A DNA stretch of 64,000 bases from Candidatus Poseidoniales archaeon (lineage in GTDB: Archaea; Thermoplasmatota; Poseidoniia; Poseidoniales; Poseidoniaceae). The stretch lies in NCBI GenBank assembly GCA_038116375.1, contig JAYNUQ010000001.1, positions 13,454-77,453 of the forward strand. The letters run 5' to 3'. Positions 30,401 through 38,035 of the stretch are shown piece by piece (the stretch's first letter is position 1; the number at the start of each line of letters is the position of its first letter). The translations under genes and the position numbers were made by a program. The notes beneath the pieces are model-generated. The model was not told the DNA's origin. It saw nothing but the letters and a program-made list of their open reading frames with translations, and did no database searches.

Positions 30401-33208
30401 ACACAGATTGGGCAGTCCATCACCGTCAGCGTCCCAGTTGGCGTCGTCGGCCCTCAACGGGTCAAGGCTCCAATTGTTGCCACCGGTGAACATGTCCCCA
30501 ACCCAACGACGGTGCTGAATTTCCCAGCCATCGGGCATGCCGTCACCGTCGGTGTCTTCGTTGGTGGGGTCGGTTGCCGAGTCGACGTTGGCCATGGAAA
30601 GGTAGGTGGCATTTGCTGCTGCACCTTTTGCCTCGTCGCAAAGATAGACCATCTGCACGGTGTAGTAGCACCAGAGGTTGCTCTGTTCGTAGAAGAACCC
30701 GTAATATTCCGCGCCATCACCCAAGCCATCGCCGTCGGTATCGCCTTCTCTCGGGTCGGTTGAGTTGTAGCCTTCGGGCGTCAGTTTCGTGTAGCGGAAT
30801 TCGTCAAGGTTGGTCCAAAGCCGCTCGAGGCTCATGTCGCCGGATTGATCCAAATCGAGTCCATCGGCATCGTTGTCGTACAGCGCATCCCAAGGATCGG
30901 TTGGGTCGAGTCCGTGGACCACCTCCCAACCGTCGGGCATGCCGTCAGCATCCGAATCGTTTGCACCCGGGTCCATCAGTTGGAGATTCGCATAACGGCC
31001 GGGGGAGGCGCCTCCGTAAACCGTGACGTTTTCTTGGCCAGCCGACGTGGCGATGGCCACGATTTCCCCTGGGAGCCGAGTCTGGTCCTGGAGACCGTAA
31101 ACCGCAGTGTAATCTCCGGCCAGCGCCCAAAGGCCCCATTCCGAACCGACGAGGACTTCGTCCCCTGTTGGATGAATGGCGTGGATGCTGTTGGTCTGCC
31201 GAGAGAGTTTTCCGTCAACGCCAGGGTGAGCCATAAGGCCGCTGTGTTCAATGAAATCGTCGTTCAAATCCAACTTGTGAAGACCCGAGGTTGTACCGAA
31301 CCACAGGGCTTGCGCATTGGACGGAGAGGGTCCATCAAGAACCATATCTCGGACTTCAGCAGGGTTGCCTGTCGCCCCGAGTGGGAGGCTGCGTAATTCG
31401 TCGACATCGGTCGGTATTGGATTGCTTTCTGGCGTGAAGAAGAAACGCCATTCACCGGTTGCATCGTCCCGTGCTGAGGCCGTGTCAACGACGAACAACC
31501 CGCGGTCCGTTCCAACGAACAAATGGAACGTTGCTCCACCGACCATACCGTGTTGGATGGAGGACACCGAGGCGTTGGCTTCGGCAAGCCCAGCCTGCAA
31601 ACCCGCTCCGAGGTCAAAGGTTGATTCAATTGAGCCGCTGCTGCTGATTTCAATGATGGCACCATCGCCTGCATGACCGAGGCCAATGGCGTGCAGATTC
31701 ACATCCTCACCGCTGAGAGGAGCCACGGCATGAACGGGTTCTGTCATGCTCCACGCCCATGTGGACACGGCCCCGAGACTCCCGTCGGCCAAGAGCGGTG
31801 CAACGGCAAATCCAATGTTGGTCCCCATGACAATGGCGTAGGGCGTCCCGTCTGACAATGCGAGGAAGCCGTCGTGGAAGAGGACACCTTGCGGAAGCCA
31901 ATGATGGCTCTGTGTGTTCTCTTCATGGTTCAAAACACTCACGCCGTACTTTGTCATGGCGTAAACCGTACCATCGTGTTCCTCCAATTCACGAACGTCG
32001 TGGTGCATAACAGCGAGAACATCTTCCGGGACATCGAAGACCAGCGGGAGCGTTTCAAAGCCCTCTTCGTCGCCCACGGTGGTGGTCTTGAGCCCGGGAT
32101 AGACGGTGTTTCCGTCGTCGTAGTGAACCATGTATTCCTCAAGGGTTGAAAGGGCTTCACCAACGGTTAGGGCGGTCAACGTCCGAGAAAGGTCCTCAGA
32201 AATTCCACCGTCCCGGTTGGCATCCCAGCCGTCCCTGTCGGGGTCGTCAAGGGCGTTGGAACGGTTGAGGGGATCCAAACCAAAGTGAACTTCCCAACCG
32301 TCTGGAATGCCGTCGCCAAAGGACGGGTAAAGTGGACGCACCGAAAATCCGTCCCAGAGGTATCGGTCTGAATCGTCAAGCAACGGGTCGGTTCCCAACC
32401 ACAAATCTTCGCCAACTGGATTCTCAGCACGATCGGTGCATGCGGTGAGCAGGTTGTGGAAGGTGGCGTTAGCCCCCGACGGGAGGTACGGCCAATTCTT
32501 CAGCGTGGCTCCTTCGGGGAGCGTTGCGTAGCACCAGAGTCCGTCGAGCTCTGCAGTGAAATTGGACGGCGTTCCGTAGGCGTATTCCTCGGGCGCAGTG
32601 TAGCGTTCTGAATCGCTGAGGGTGCCGTCTCTGTTCACGTCGAACCCGTCGTTGTCTCCATCAAGCGTCAAATCACTTCCGTTCAACGGGTCGAACGAAG
32701 GACAGGAATAGCGTAATGCAACGGGGTCAAATCCACCCATCCGATGGCACATGTAGGCCTCGTATCCGTCCGGCATACCGTCGCCATCCGTATCCGAAAC
32801 ACGCGGGTCGAGGTAGATACGGTCGCTGTTTTCGTCCAACTGGCCGGTGAGACCGCGTGGGAAACCGGGTGCCGTGCAGTTCGCAGGATAGGGCCAACAG
32901 AATTCTTCTGTGGCGTTAAGACCGTCTCGGTCTCGGTCGGTTGAAGCATCGGATGCGTTGTTTTTGTCGAGACCAGCGAGCACGACATCCCGGCCGTCAA
33001 CAGCCGTCCAGTTCATCCATTCCTCAAACAGCGTTTCGTGTACGTCGGGAATCAAATCACCGTCTGTATCGGTGTTCGGAGGAGGGGTTCCGTCGGTGTC
33101 GTCAGGATGAACGTTTGAAACGTTTGAGATGGCTGGAAATTGAGACATGAACAGAAGACTTGCAATGACGGCAAGGGTGGTCAAGATGGTTGTTTGACTT
33201 CGTCTCAT
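27458..33208 (-). CDS. Giant acidic Ca2+-binding repeat protein (TSP3-like DxDxDG repeats) with a central beta-propeller
   Basis: About 25 DxDxDG motifs (for example DTDGDGMPDGWE); blade motifs LFVGTDRGL, LWFGTTSGL, VLVGSEWGL; N-terminal hydrophobic segment; GGTGA RBS before ATG 33208. Confidence 0.85.
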   Translation of the reverse strand: MRRSQTTILTTLAVIASLLFMSQFPAISNVSNVHPDDTDGTPPPNTDTDGDLIPDVHETLFEEWMNWTAVDGRDVVLAGLDKNNASDASTDRDRDGLNATEEFCWPYPANCTAPGFPRGLTGQLDENSDRIYLDPRVSDTDGDGMPDGYEAYMCHRMGGFDPVALRYSCPSFDPLNGSDLTLDGDNDGFDVNRDGTLSDSERYTAPEEYAYGTPSNFTAELDGLWCYATLPEGATLKNWPYLPSGANATFHNLLTACTDRAENPVGEDLWLGTDPLLDDSDRYLWDGFSVRPLYPSFGDGIPDGWEVHFGLDPLNRSNALDDPDRDGWDANRDGGISEDLSRTLTALTVGEALSTLEEYMVHYDDGNTVYPGLKTTTVGDEEGFETLPLVFDVPEDVLAVMHHDVRELEEHDGTVYAMTKYGVSVLNHEENTQSHHWLPQGVLFHDGFLALSDGTPYAIVMGTNIGFAVAPLLADGSLGAVSTWAWSMTEPVHAVAPLSGEDVNLHAIGLGHAGDGAIIEISSSGSIESTFDLGAGLQAGLAEANASVSSIQHGMVGGATFHLFVGTDRGLFVVDTASARDDATGEWRFFFTPESNPIPTDVDELRSLPLGATGNPAEVRDMVLDGPSPSNAQALWFGTTSGLHKLDLNDDFIEHSGLMAHPGVDGKLSRQTNSIHAIHPTGDEVLVGSEWGLWALAGDYTAVYGLQDQTRLPGEIVAIATSAGQENVTVYGGASPGRYANLQLMDPGANDSDADGMPDGWEVVHGLDPTDPWDALYDNDADGLDLDQSGDMSLERLWTNLDEFRYTKLTPEGYNSTDPREGDTDGDGLGDGAEYYGFFYEQSNLWCYYTVQMVYLCDEAKGAAANATYLSMANVDSATDPTNEDTDGDGMPDGWEIQHRRWVGDMFTGGNNWSLDPLRADDANWDADGDGLPNLCEYQWSVVRLMGVNGDLFEDYGESPEAAASWAVADPNLVDSDGDTLPDGWESKGLCSWDPSRLGVNPLNGSDAFENPDGDGYDINRDGVLSSDEAFVNYLEYHIRSDLFSGNQTYEGVTLPGNFTTGLFDHIGDLGVPDDTFAERASGSVTAGLSTYSVGASDPLNADTDDDGMPDGWEIWYARWNLLDDAWTLNPLDSSDRWQDADDDGMTNWEEYNVISPLLSETDANRSSPQWFVTTIGTAFALQQWPGIPTTASFGDFLSQNQTNMTGYTADPNNVDTDGDGMLDGVELLFTSWNVSAGMWTLNPLVAGDGDFDGDEDGLIDRQEFALAFEQPENGIDHPSDAPLMHVDGDLQQPTEKAQRVFNILISKETRGKRLLNDFNAWQQGEPPNAFIQVVLGMSDPTIPDTDGDGMYDGFEYWFTSWDLNENRWSINPLIDGDVNLDSDQDSFDCNGDGEIDANETFSNLREWESRTWGKFLTRNTVPANLGIIDFGEDAMAAYQEELGFTPLQAQQALYQDFIKKGTESVDRMTEINSLDSENFNRSLRGVADPTHPDSDSDGIPDGWEYCYATYGMDDVTTQNHWAANPLNPWDVDYDGDHDGWYDRTSFDIPATQGDWEDRVFTPSGVVVQNGVGDLPFTNFMEYDNQTRPDLNDSDEDSTTYITTTVNGAVVSHVRDYNYSDGREVFKYGSNPSDNDSDGDMLPDWYEYKMAWNESNDNFSSYLDVRVVWIDVATGGECNTDTNSCLPLSQDGSGGTLGRPDTEFTWFTLDPADPDDANLDPDQDGNWDCSGAGCTYEAYTNFQEFYAITTSEYSSPNAVRLSGLTFDGMPVTEGWQFRAAILGLGQSNELVLNYLKLDKFGGPDNQFGYIVDDKDTNFLIVDPSDDVILMAGNQTDAWDIYYAGSPNTPPVRSVGEHEYGWYLLDFDDDHLAEGSSPINWDTDGDWMNDWFEVRDDEEDGVRGDSSPIRYDSRQTS

Positions 33209-33396
33209 GAACTCACCGTCGGGAAAGGCTCCGCCTCGCTCTCTTTTCACTCTGCTCAGATTGCTTATGAGCATGATGGAACATTGTTCATACAAAACGT
33301 CGTTCCGCGTGGTTGTTTCCCTTGAAAAAATAGCCCGTGTGGAGCCGTTTCATCGGTGGATTCAAGTCCCTCCCGCGCTGGAGGTACGATGTTCAC

Positions 33397-34209
33397 ATGA
33401 CCATGACCATCACGCATTTGGGAACAGGCAGTCGGGGGAACTCGACCCTGCTCGAAACACCCAATGCGAAGGTGCTGATCGACCAAGGCTTCAGCGGCAC
33501 CCAACTGGCCAAACGGCTGGCTCGGTTGCAACTCAAACCCGAGGACATTGATTGCGTGTTCATCTCCCATCACCACGGGGACCACGGTGGAGGCGCGAAA
33601 GTGGTCCAAACCAAGTGGAACATCCCCGTTCTTGCGAACGAGCGAACCGCCTTGGAATTGGGTCTCCTTCCGGAATTCACCACCTACTTCGAAGCGCTTG
33701 ATCTGGTGCGCGTGGGGGCTGACCTCGCAATACTCCCCGTGCCGGTACCGCACGACGGTTCGGACAACGTGGCCTTCGTCGCCAGCCACGGAGGAGAACG
33801 GGCTGCGGTCATCACGGATTTGGGTTCCTGGACGGATGAACTGGTCACCCATGTTCGAGGATGTGAACACATCTCGATCGAAGCCAATTACGACCACAAC
33901 AAACTGATGTACGGACCTTATCCGTATTCCCTCAAGGACCGTATTTCGGGACGCGGAGGCCACCTTTCAAACGACCAAACGGGCCGCTTTTTGGCCGAAG
34001 TGTGCACCGAGCGGACCCGGAGCATCACCTTGACGCACTTGAGCGAGAAAAACAACATGCCTCATCTTGCGGAATCCACGGTTCTTTACTACATTGACGA
34101 GGTGTTCAGCGGCGACCTGCGTATCTCAGCACAAAACGGACCCGATTTCTCCCACTACATCGGGCAGAACGAACCCATCACCGAGGTGGAAAAATCCACA
34201 ACCAACTGA
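33397..34209 (+). CDS. Metallo-beta-lactamase-fold hydrolase, YycJ/WalJ-like
   Basis: LGTGSRGN, LIDQG, HHHGDH, PHD, TDLG, EANYD, GGHLSN and HLSEKNN. Confidence 0.9.
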   Translation: MTMTITHLGTGSRGNSTLLETPNAKVLIDQGFSGTQLAKRLARLQLKPEDIDCVFISHHHGDHGGGAKVVQTKWNIPVLANERTALELGLLPEFTTYFEALDLVRVGADLAILPVPVPHDGSDNVAFVASHGGERAAVITDLGSWTDELVTHVRGCEHISIEANYDHNKLMYGPYPYSLKDRISGRGGHLSNDQTGRFLAEVCTERTRSITLTHLSEKNNMPHLAESTVLYYIDEVFSGDLRISAQNGPDFSHYIGQNEPITEVEKSTTN

Positions 34210-34265
34210 CCGTTGGGGCAAACTTTGGGGTGAATGGCTAAATGATACGGGGTTGTAACAACCTT

Positions 34266-35327
34266 GTGAACCGACGCGCCCGCCAAGTTGCGTCCCATCG
34301 CCTGCGTGATGAGGAACGTGCTGTGAGCGAGGTGCTTGGCGTGGTGATGCTCCTCGCGATGGTCATCACCATCATGGGCGGTGTGTGGGTGTTCCTCAAC
34401 CCCTATCTTTCCGATTTTGAAGACAACACCAACTGGAATTCTGCAACGGGTCTCGCAGACCGCATCGAAGACCGTCTCGAGGTCGCTGGCAACGCTCCTG
34501 AAGGGACGGGCTTTCGCAACACCTTAGCCATCCAATCGACCGCCATTCGGTCGGTGCAAAACGTTGAGCATTGGACCATCAGTGCCGATTTAACCGACCG
34601 AGAACGCGTCCAGTTGCGTCAGGTCAACGACACGACGGTTGCTGTTTTGGCTGCCAATGAGACCGTACGCTCCATCTCTGTTGAATCGCCGGGCGTGTAT
34701 TTTGAAGACGAGGTCACGCCAAGCCATCTTGAGGTGTTCATCACCCACAATGCCAGTGCTGCACACTGGATGATCGTAACCGTTTACGGGGCAGATGATG
34801 AGCCGCTTCATCGCCACATCACGTGGACGCTTTCAGGGCTTCAGATCACCACATCGCTCGGCCAAGGAGAGCACCAAATTGTGCTGATGAACAACGCACG
34901 GGCGGAACGCTTCCCGAACCAAGCCTGGGAAGTCAGTGCCATGCCGTCGGTCGAATTTGACCGCATGGCGAACGACGAACTGCGGCTCTCCATTCTCCTG
35001 ACGGACGTGGTGTCGAACGGAAGCATTGGTTCGGGCAGCAACGTCGGCATGCAATTTGTGTCCCAAGGACCCATGACGTTGTTTACGGGACGTGCCTACA
35101 ACGTCAACTTCAACGTCTTCAACGCGCTTCACGACGTCATCACACCGCAATACCACAACAGCTGGCTCTCCGAATACACCGTCCAGCGCTCTTCGGGCAC
35201 CTTGGACACCTACATCGGGTTCTCGCCGTACGAACGAGCCAGCGGTGCAGACGGCTTTAGCGTCTCATCGCAGCAATTACCGCTCTACTTTGAGGTGGAC
35301 ATGCAACGGGTCGAGGTGAGTCGTTGA
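34266..35327 (+). CDS. Archaeal type IV pilin-like protein (class III signal peptide)
   Basis: RDEERA|VSEVLGVVMLLAMVITI cleavage pattern with a hydrophobic helix. Start uncertain (GTG 34266 or ATG 34242). Confidence 0.8.
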   Translation: MNRRARQVASHRLRDEERAVSEVLGVVMLLAMVITIMGGVWVFLNPYLSDFEDNTNWNSATGLADRIEDRLEVAGNAPEGTGFRNTLAIQSTAIRSVQNVEHWTISADLTDRERVQLRQVNDTTVAVLAANETVRSISVESPGVYFEDEVTPSHLEVFITHNASAAHWMIVTVYGADDEPLHRHITWTLSGLQITTSLGQGEHQIVLMNNARAERFPNQAWEVSAMPSVEFDRMANDELRLSILLTDVVSNGSIGSGSNVGMQFVSQGPMTLFTGRAYNVNFNVFNALHDVITPQYHNSWLSEYTVQRSSGTLDTYIGFSPYERASGADGFSVSSQQLPLYFEVDMQRVEVSR

Positions 35328-37558
35328 GAGGCCATCTCCGTCGGGACGATGAAGCCGTTTCGGCTGCCGTTGCGACCGTTCTCCTTTTCGGCGGTGTGCT
35401 CTCCATCATCGGTTTGATGATGGTTTCCATGATGCCGGTCATCGAAGAGATGGAAGGTTCCGTTGAGCGACACGACATGTCGTCCCAGATGACCCTCTTG
35501 GCACATGAGACCTCAGCGCTGAGTGAGCGAGGCATGCCGGGTGATGCTGCCAAAGCCACCCTCATTCCCGTTGATGGGGAGTTGGTGTGGGACAGTCTTC
35601 GAGGCGGCATGTGGTATTCAGCAACTTGGGCAGAAGACATGAGTCTGAGAGCACGAGGCGCCTTGGATTTTGACGATACGTTGGAAATCAGGCATCCTGA
35701 GAGCCACATTGAGTCGGTGTGCATCACCGACCTCCGATTGGGGCCAGACCGACCGTACTACTACACGTTAGAAGCAGCCCTCGACCGGGCCACCATCACC
35801 GTAACCCCGGGTCTGGCCATGCCCCTCGGACCCATTGAGGTCACGCTCCACGAAGACGGCGTTGAGGTGGATGCCATCGCACTCCGAGTCGATGAGATGG
35901 CGACGTTTGACCTTGAGAACCTCGGAGAAACCGTGGTGGCCTCAAGTCATGAATTGAACGTCTTCGGCTACGTTGGCAACAGCGGCGCAAGTTATGTTTT
36001 GCCGAACTCACCCGAACCCGCAGATAAACGTGGACAGGCATGGTCCATCCCGCTTCCCGTTGGAGAACACAGTCTGCAACTTCTGAGCGATACTGCAAAC
36101 CAAATCCACCTCACGGCCAACGGAGAAACCTCCATCCACTACGCCACGCCAAGCGGCCTTGCCCGTACGGGTGTGTTCTTCCACCACGACCTGTCACTGA
36201 CAGAAGCATCGGTTGTCCACCTCACCACAAGCGCCCCATCTCGACTTCTTGTGATGACCAACGGGGATGACCTCGCTGGAATAACTGCATGGCCGTCCAC
36301 CAACGGAGCCTATCTTGGCAACACCTTCCTTCCGCCCCACCTTAACGGAACCTTGCGCTTGAGCAACCCCGGTGAATCGATCGTCACCGTGACGTGGCGA
36401 GGCGGGGGCATCTCGGTAGCCGCAGGCGGGATTGAACACGTTTCGTGGCCCCCTTCATACGATGACGGTGCAGCAACCTTGGATGCTGACGGTGACGTGT
36501 TTGTCACGTGGGCCGCAACCGTCAACGGAGCAAGCACAGACGGAACGAACGGCACGATGTTGCTGCCCGCAGACGATACCGGCGCTCTGTCAGGGGGTCT
36601 TTTCACCTACGGGAACACAATGAACGCTACGGAGGAAACCCTGCTTCTTCGTTTGGCTGGCTACACCTCGGCATGGAACGTCAGCGGGTCAGCCTCGCAA
36701 ACAGGGACGTTCCTGGACGAAACCAATCACCAAGCCGTTGTTCTCGGAGAAGGGAATACCAGCGTTCGTGTTGAAACCGGTCACCCGCTTCGTGTCCTGC
36801 GCACCTCAGGAAGTTCAGGACTCCTTGACTTGCCGCACGACGGCGAACATCGTTGCACGAGCATCGACACCCAGGCAAGCGGCTGGATCACCACCGACCT
36901 GCCTTGGGAGCGGATGGGCGGACGGGGTGAAATTGACACCCGCCAAGCATGGATTGACGGACGACACCCTGCAAGCATGAGCATTGATGTCTTGGGCGGC
37001 GATGGCGTTTCAACGCACAGCTCCATCGGGTCCGTTTGGGCCTTCCACCTCTCGCGACTGTCCTACCAGTTCGCTTCATCCATCGACGGAATGGAAGTGG
37101 CCTTCAGCGGTGGAGCCGTGGTGACCAACCACCCCGAATTCAGACCCTATGTGGTGGTTCCACCTTCGGACAGAGGTGGACCAGGCCCACGGTTTGCTGC
37201 CACCATTCCCTCACTGCATCCAACAGCGGACAGCGACAGTGGCGCAGGAGAACTGGACCTTGACATCGAACTGGTTCATCGAACCTCCTTGGCATCAACG
37301 CCTGCCTATGAAGTTCGTCGAGGTTGGTCAGAGCCCTACGGTACGGCCATCGCAGACAACGCAGGCATCGGACTTGAGGCCAGCGAAGATTGGACCGTTT
37401 ATCCTGGGCGATTGGATTTGCTCACCGACTATGTGGGATGGGTGCCCGACCCCAGTTACGGGACATCAGAAGCGGTCTGGCACACCAACGGAGAAGTGAT
37501 TGAATTCACGCTGCAACTCGCTTCGCTTGACATTACAACTCGGGAGGTATTGGTTTGA
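35324..37558 (+). CDS. Large (744 aa) type IV pilin-like protein, possible minor/tip pilin
   Basis: RRDDEA|VSAAVATVLLFGG class III signal; TTG start overlaps the upstream TGA. Confidence 0.78.
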   Translation: MRGHLRRDDEAVSAAVATVLLFGGVLSIIGLMMVSMMPVIEEMEGSVERHDMSSQMTLLAHETSALSERGMPGDAAKATLIPVDGELVWDSLRGGMWYSATWAEDMSLRARGALDFDDTLEIRHPESHIESVCITDLRLGPDRPYYYTLEAALDRATITVTPGLAMPLGPIEVTLHEDGVEVDAIALRVDEMATFDLENLGETVVASSHELNVFGYVGNSGASYVLPNSPEPADKRGQAWSIPLPVGEHSLQLLSDTANQIHLTANGETSIHYATPSGLARTGVFFHHDLSLTEASVVHLTTSAPSRLLVMTNGDDLAGITAWPSTNGAYLGNTFLPPHLNGTLRLSNPGESIVTVTWRGGGISVAAGGIEHVSWPPSYDDGAATLDADGDVFVTWAATVNGASTDGTNGTMLLPADDTGALSGGLFTYGNTMNATEETLLLRLAGYTSAWNVSGSASQTGTFLDETNHQAVVLGEGNTSVRVETGHPLRVLRTSGSSGLLDLPHDGEHRCTSIDTQASGWITTDLPWERMGGRGEIDTRQAWIDGRHPASMSIDVLGGDGVSTHSSIGSVWAFHLSRLSYQFASSIDGMEVAFSGGAVVTNHPEFRPYVVVPPSDRGGPGPRFAATIPSLHPTADSDSGAGELDLDIELVHRTSLASTPAYEVRRGWSEPYGTAIADNAGIGLEASEDWTVYPGRLDLLTDYVGWVPDPSYGTSEAVWHTNGEVIEFTLQLASLDITTREVLV

Positions 37559-37569
37559 ACAGAGGAACC

Positions 37570-38034
37570 ATGGTCCGAGATACTCGGGCTGCAGCCACCG
37601 AGTTGGGCTACATATTCACTTTCCTCCTCGGCGTGCTTCTGATGAGCATGTTCAGCGTTTGGGCGTGGGACATCGAAACCAATACTCGGCAGCGCTGGAA
37701 CGAAGAAGCCATTCAAGCCAACATGGACGACATCGCTGCTGCTGTTGAACGAGCCGATGAGGCCAGCCGATTGGGAGGCAATGTTTCCTACGCTGAAGAA
37801 ATCAGTTGGCGGCCCACTGAAGCCGATGAATCTCTGTTTTGGTTGGAACTCCACGACACCACGCTCATGTTGATCGATGAAGGTGGACCGCTTGACATGG
37901 AAGTTTCCCTTTCAGGCACGGGAGCAGGGACACACGAAGGACGTGTCCCGCTTGCAGGCGTTGAACGCCTTTGGGTCGTTCACGAAGACGGAATGACCTT
38001 CCTCTCGTTGGACCGCCCGCAGGCCGTTCAATGA
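37570..38034 (+). CDS. Small type IV pilin-like protein
   Basis: RDTRA|ATELGYIFTFLLGVLLM hydrophobic N-terminus; third gene of a tightly packed run (alternative start TTG 37555). Confidence 0.72.
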   Translation: MVRDTRAAATELGYIFTFLLGVLLMSMFSVWAWDIETNTRQRWNEEAIQANMDDIAAAVERADEASRLGGNVSYAEEISWRPTEADESLFWLELHDTTLMLIDEGGPLDMEVSLSGTGAGTHEGRVPLAGVERLWVVHEDGMTFLSLDRPQAVQ

Positions 38035-38035
38035 A

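Noticed and set aside
27458-33208. Recurring nucleotide motifs (ccgtcgcc/gtcggtgtc) as a CRISPR or DNA repeat array
   Set aside because: They are irregularly spaced, degenerate, and explained by encoded DxDxDG repeats.
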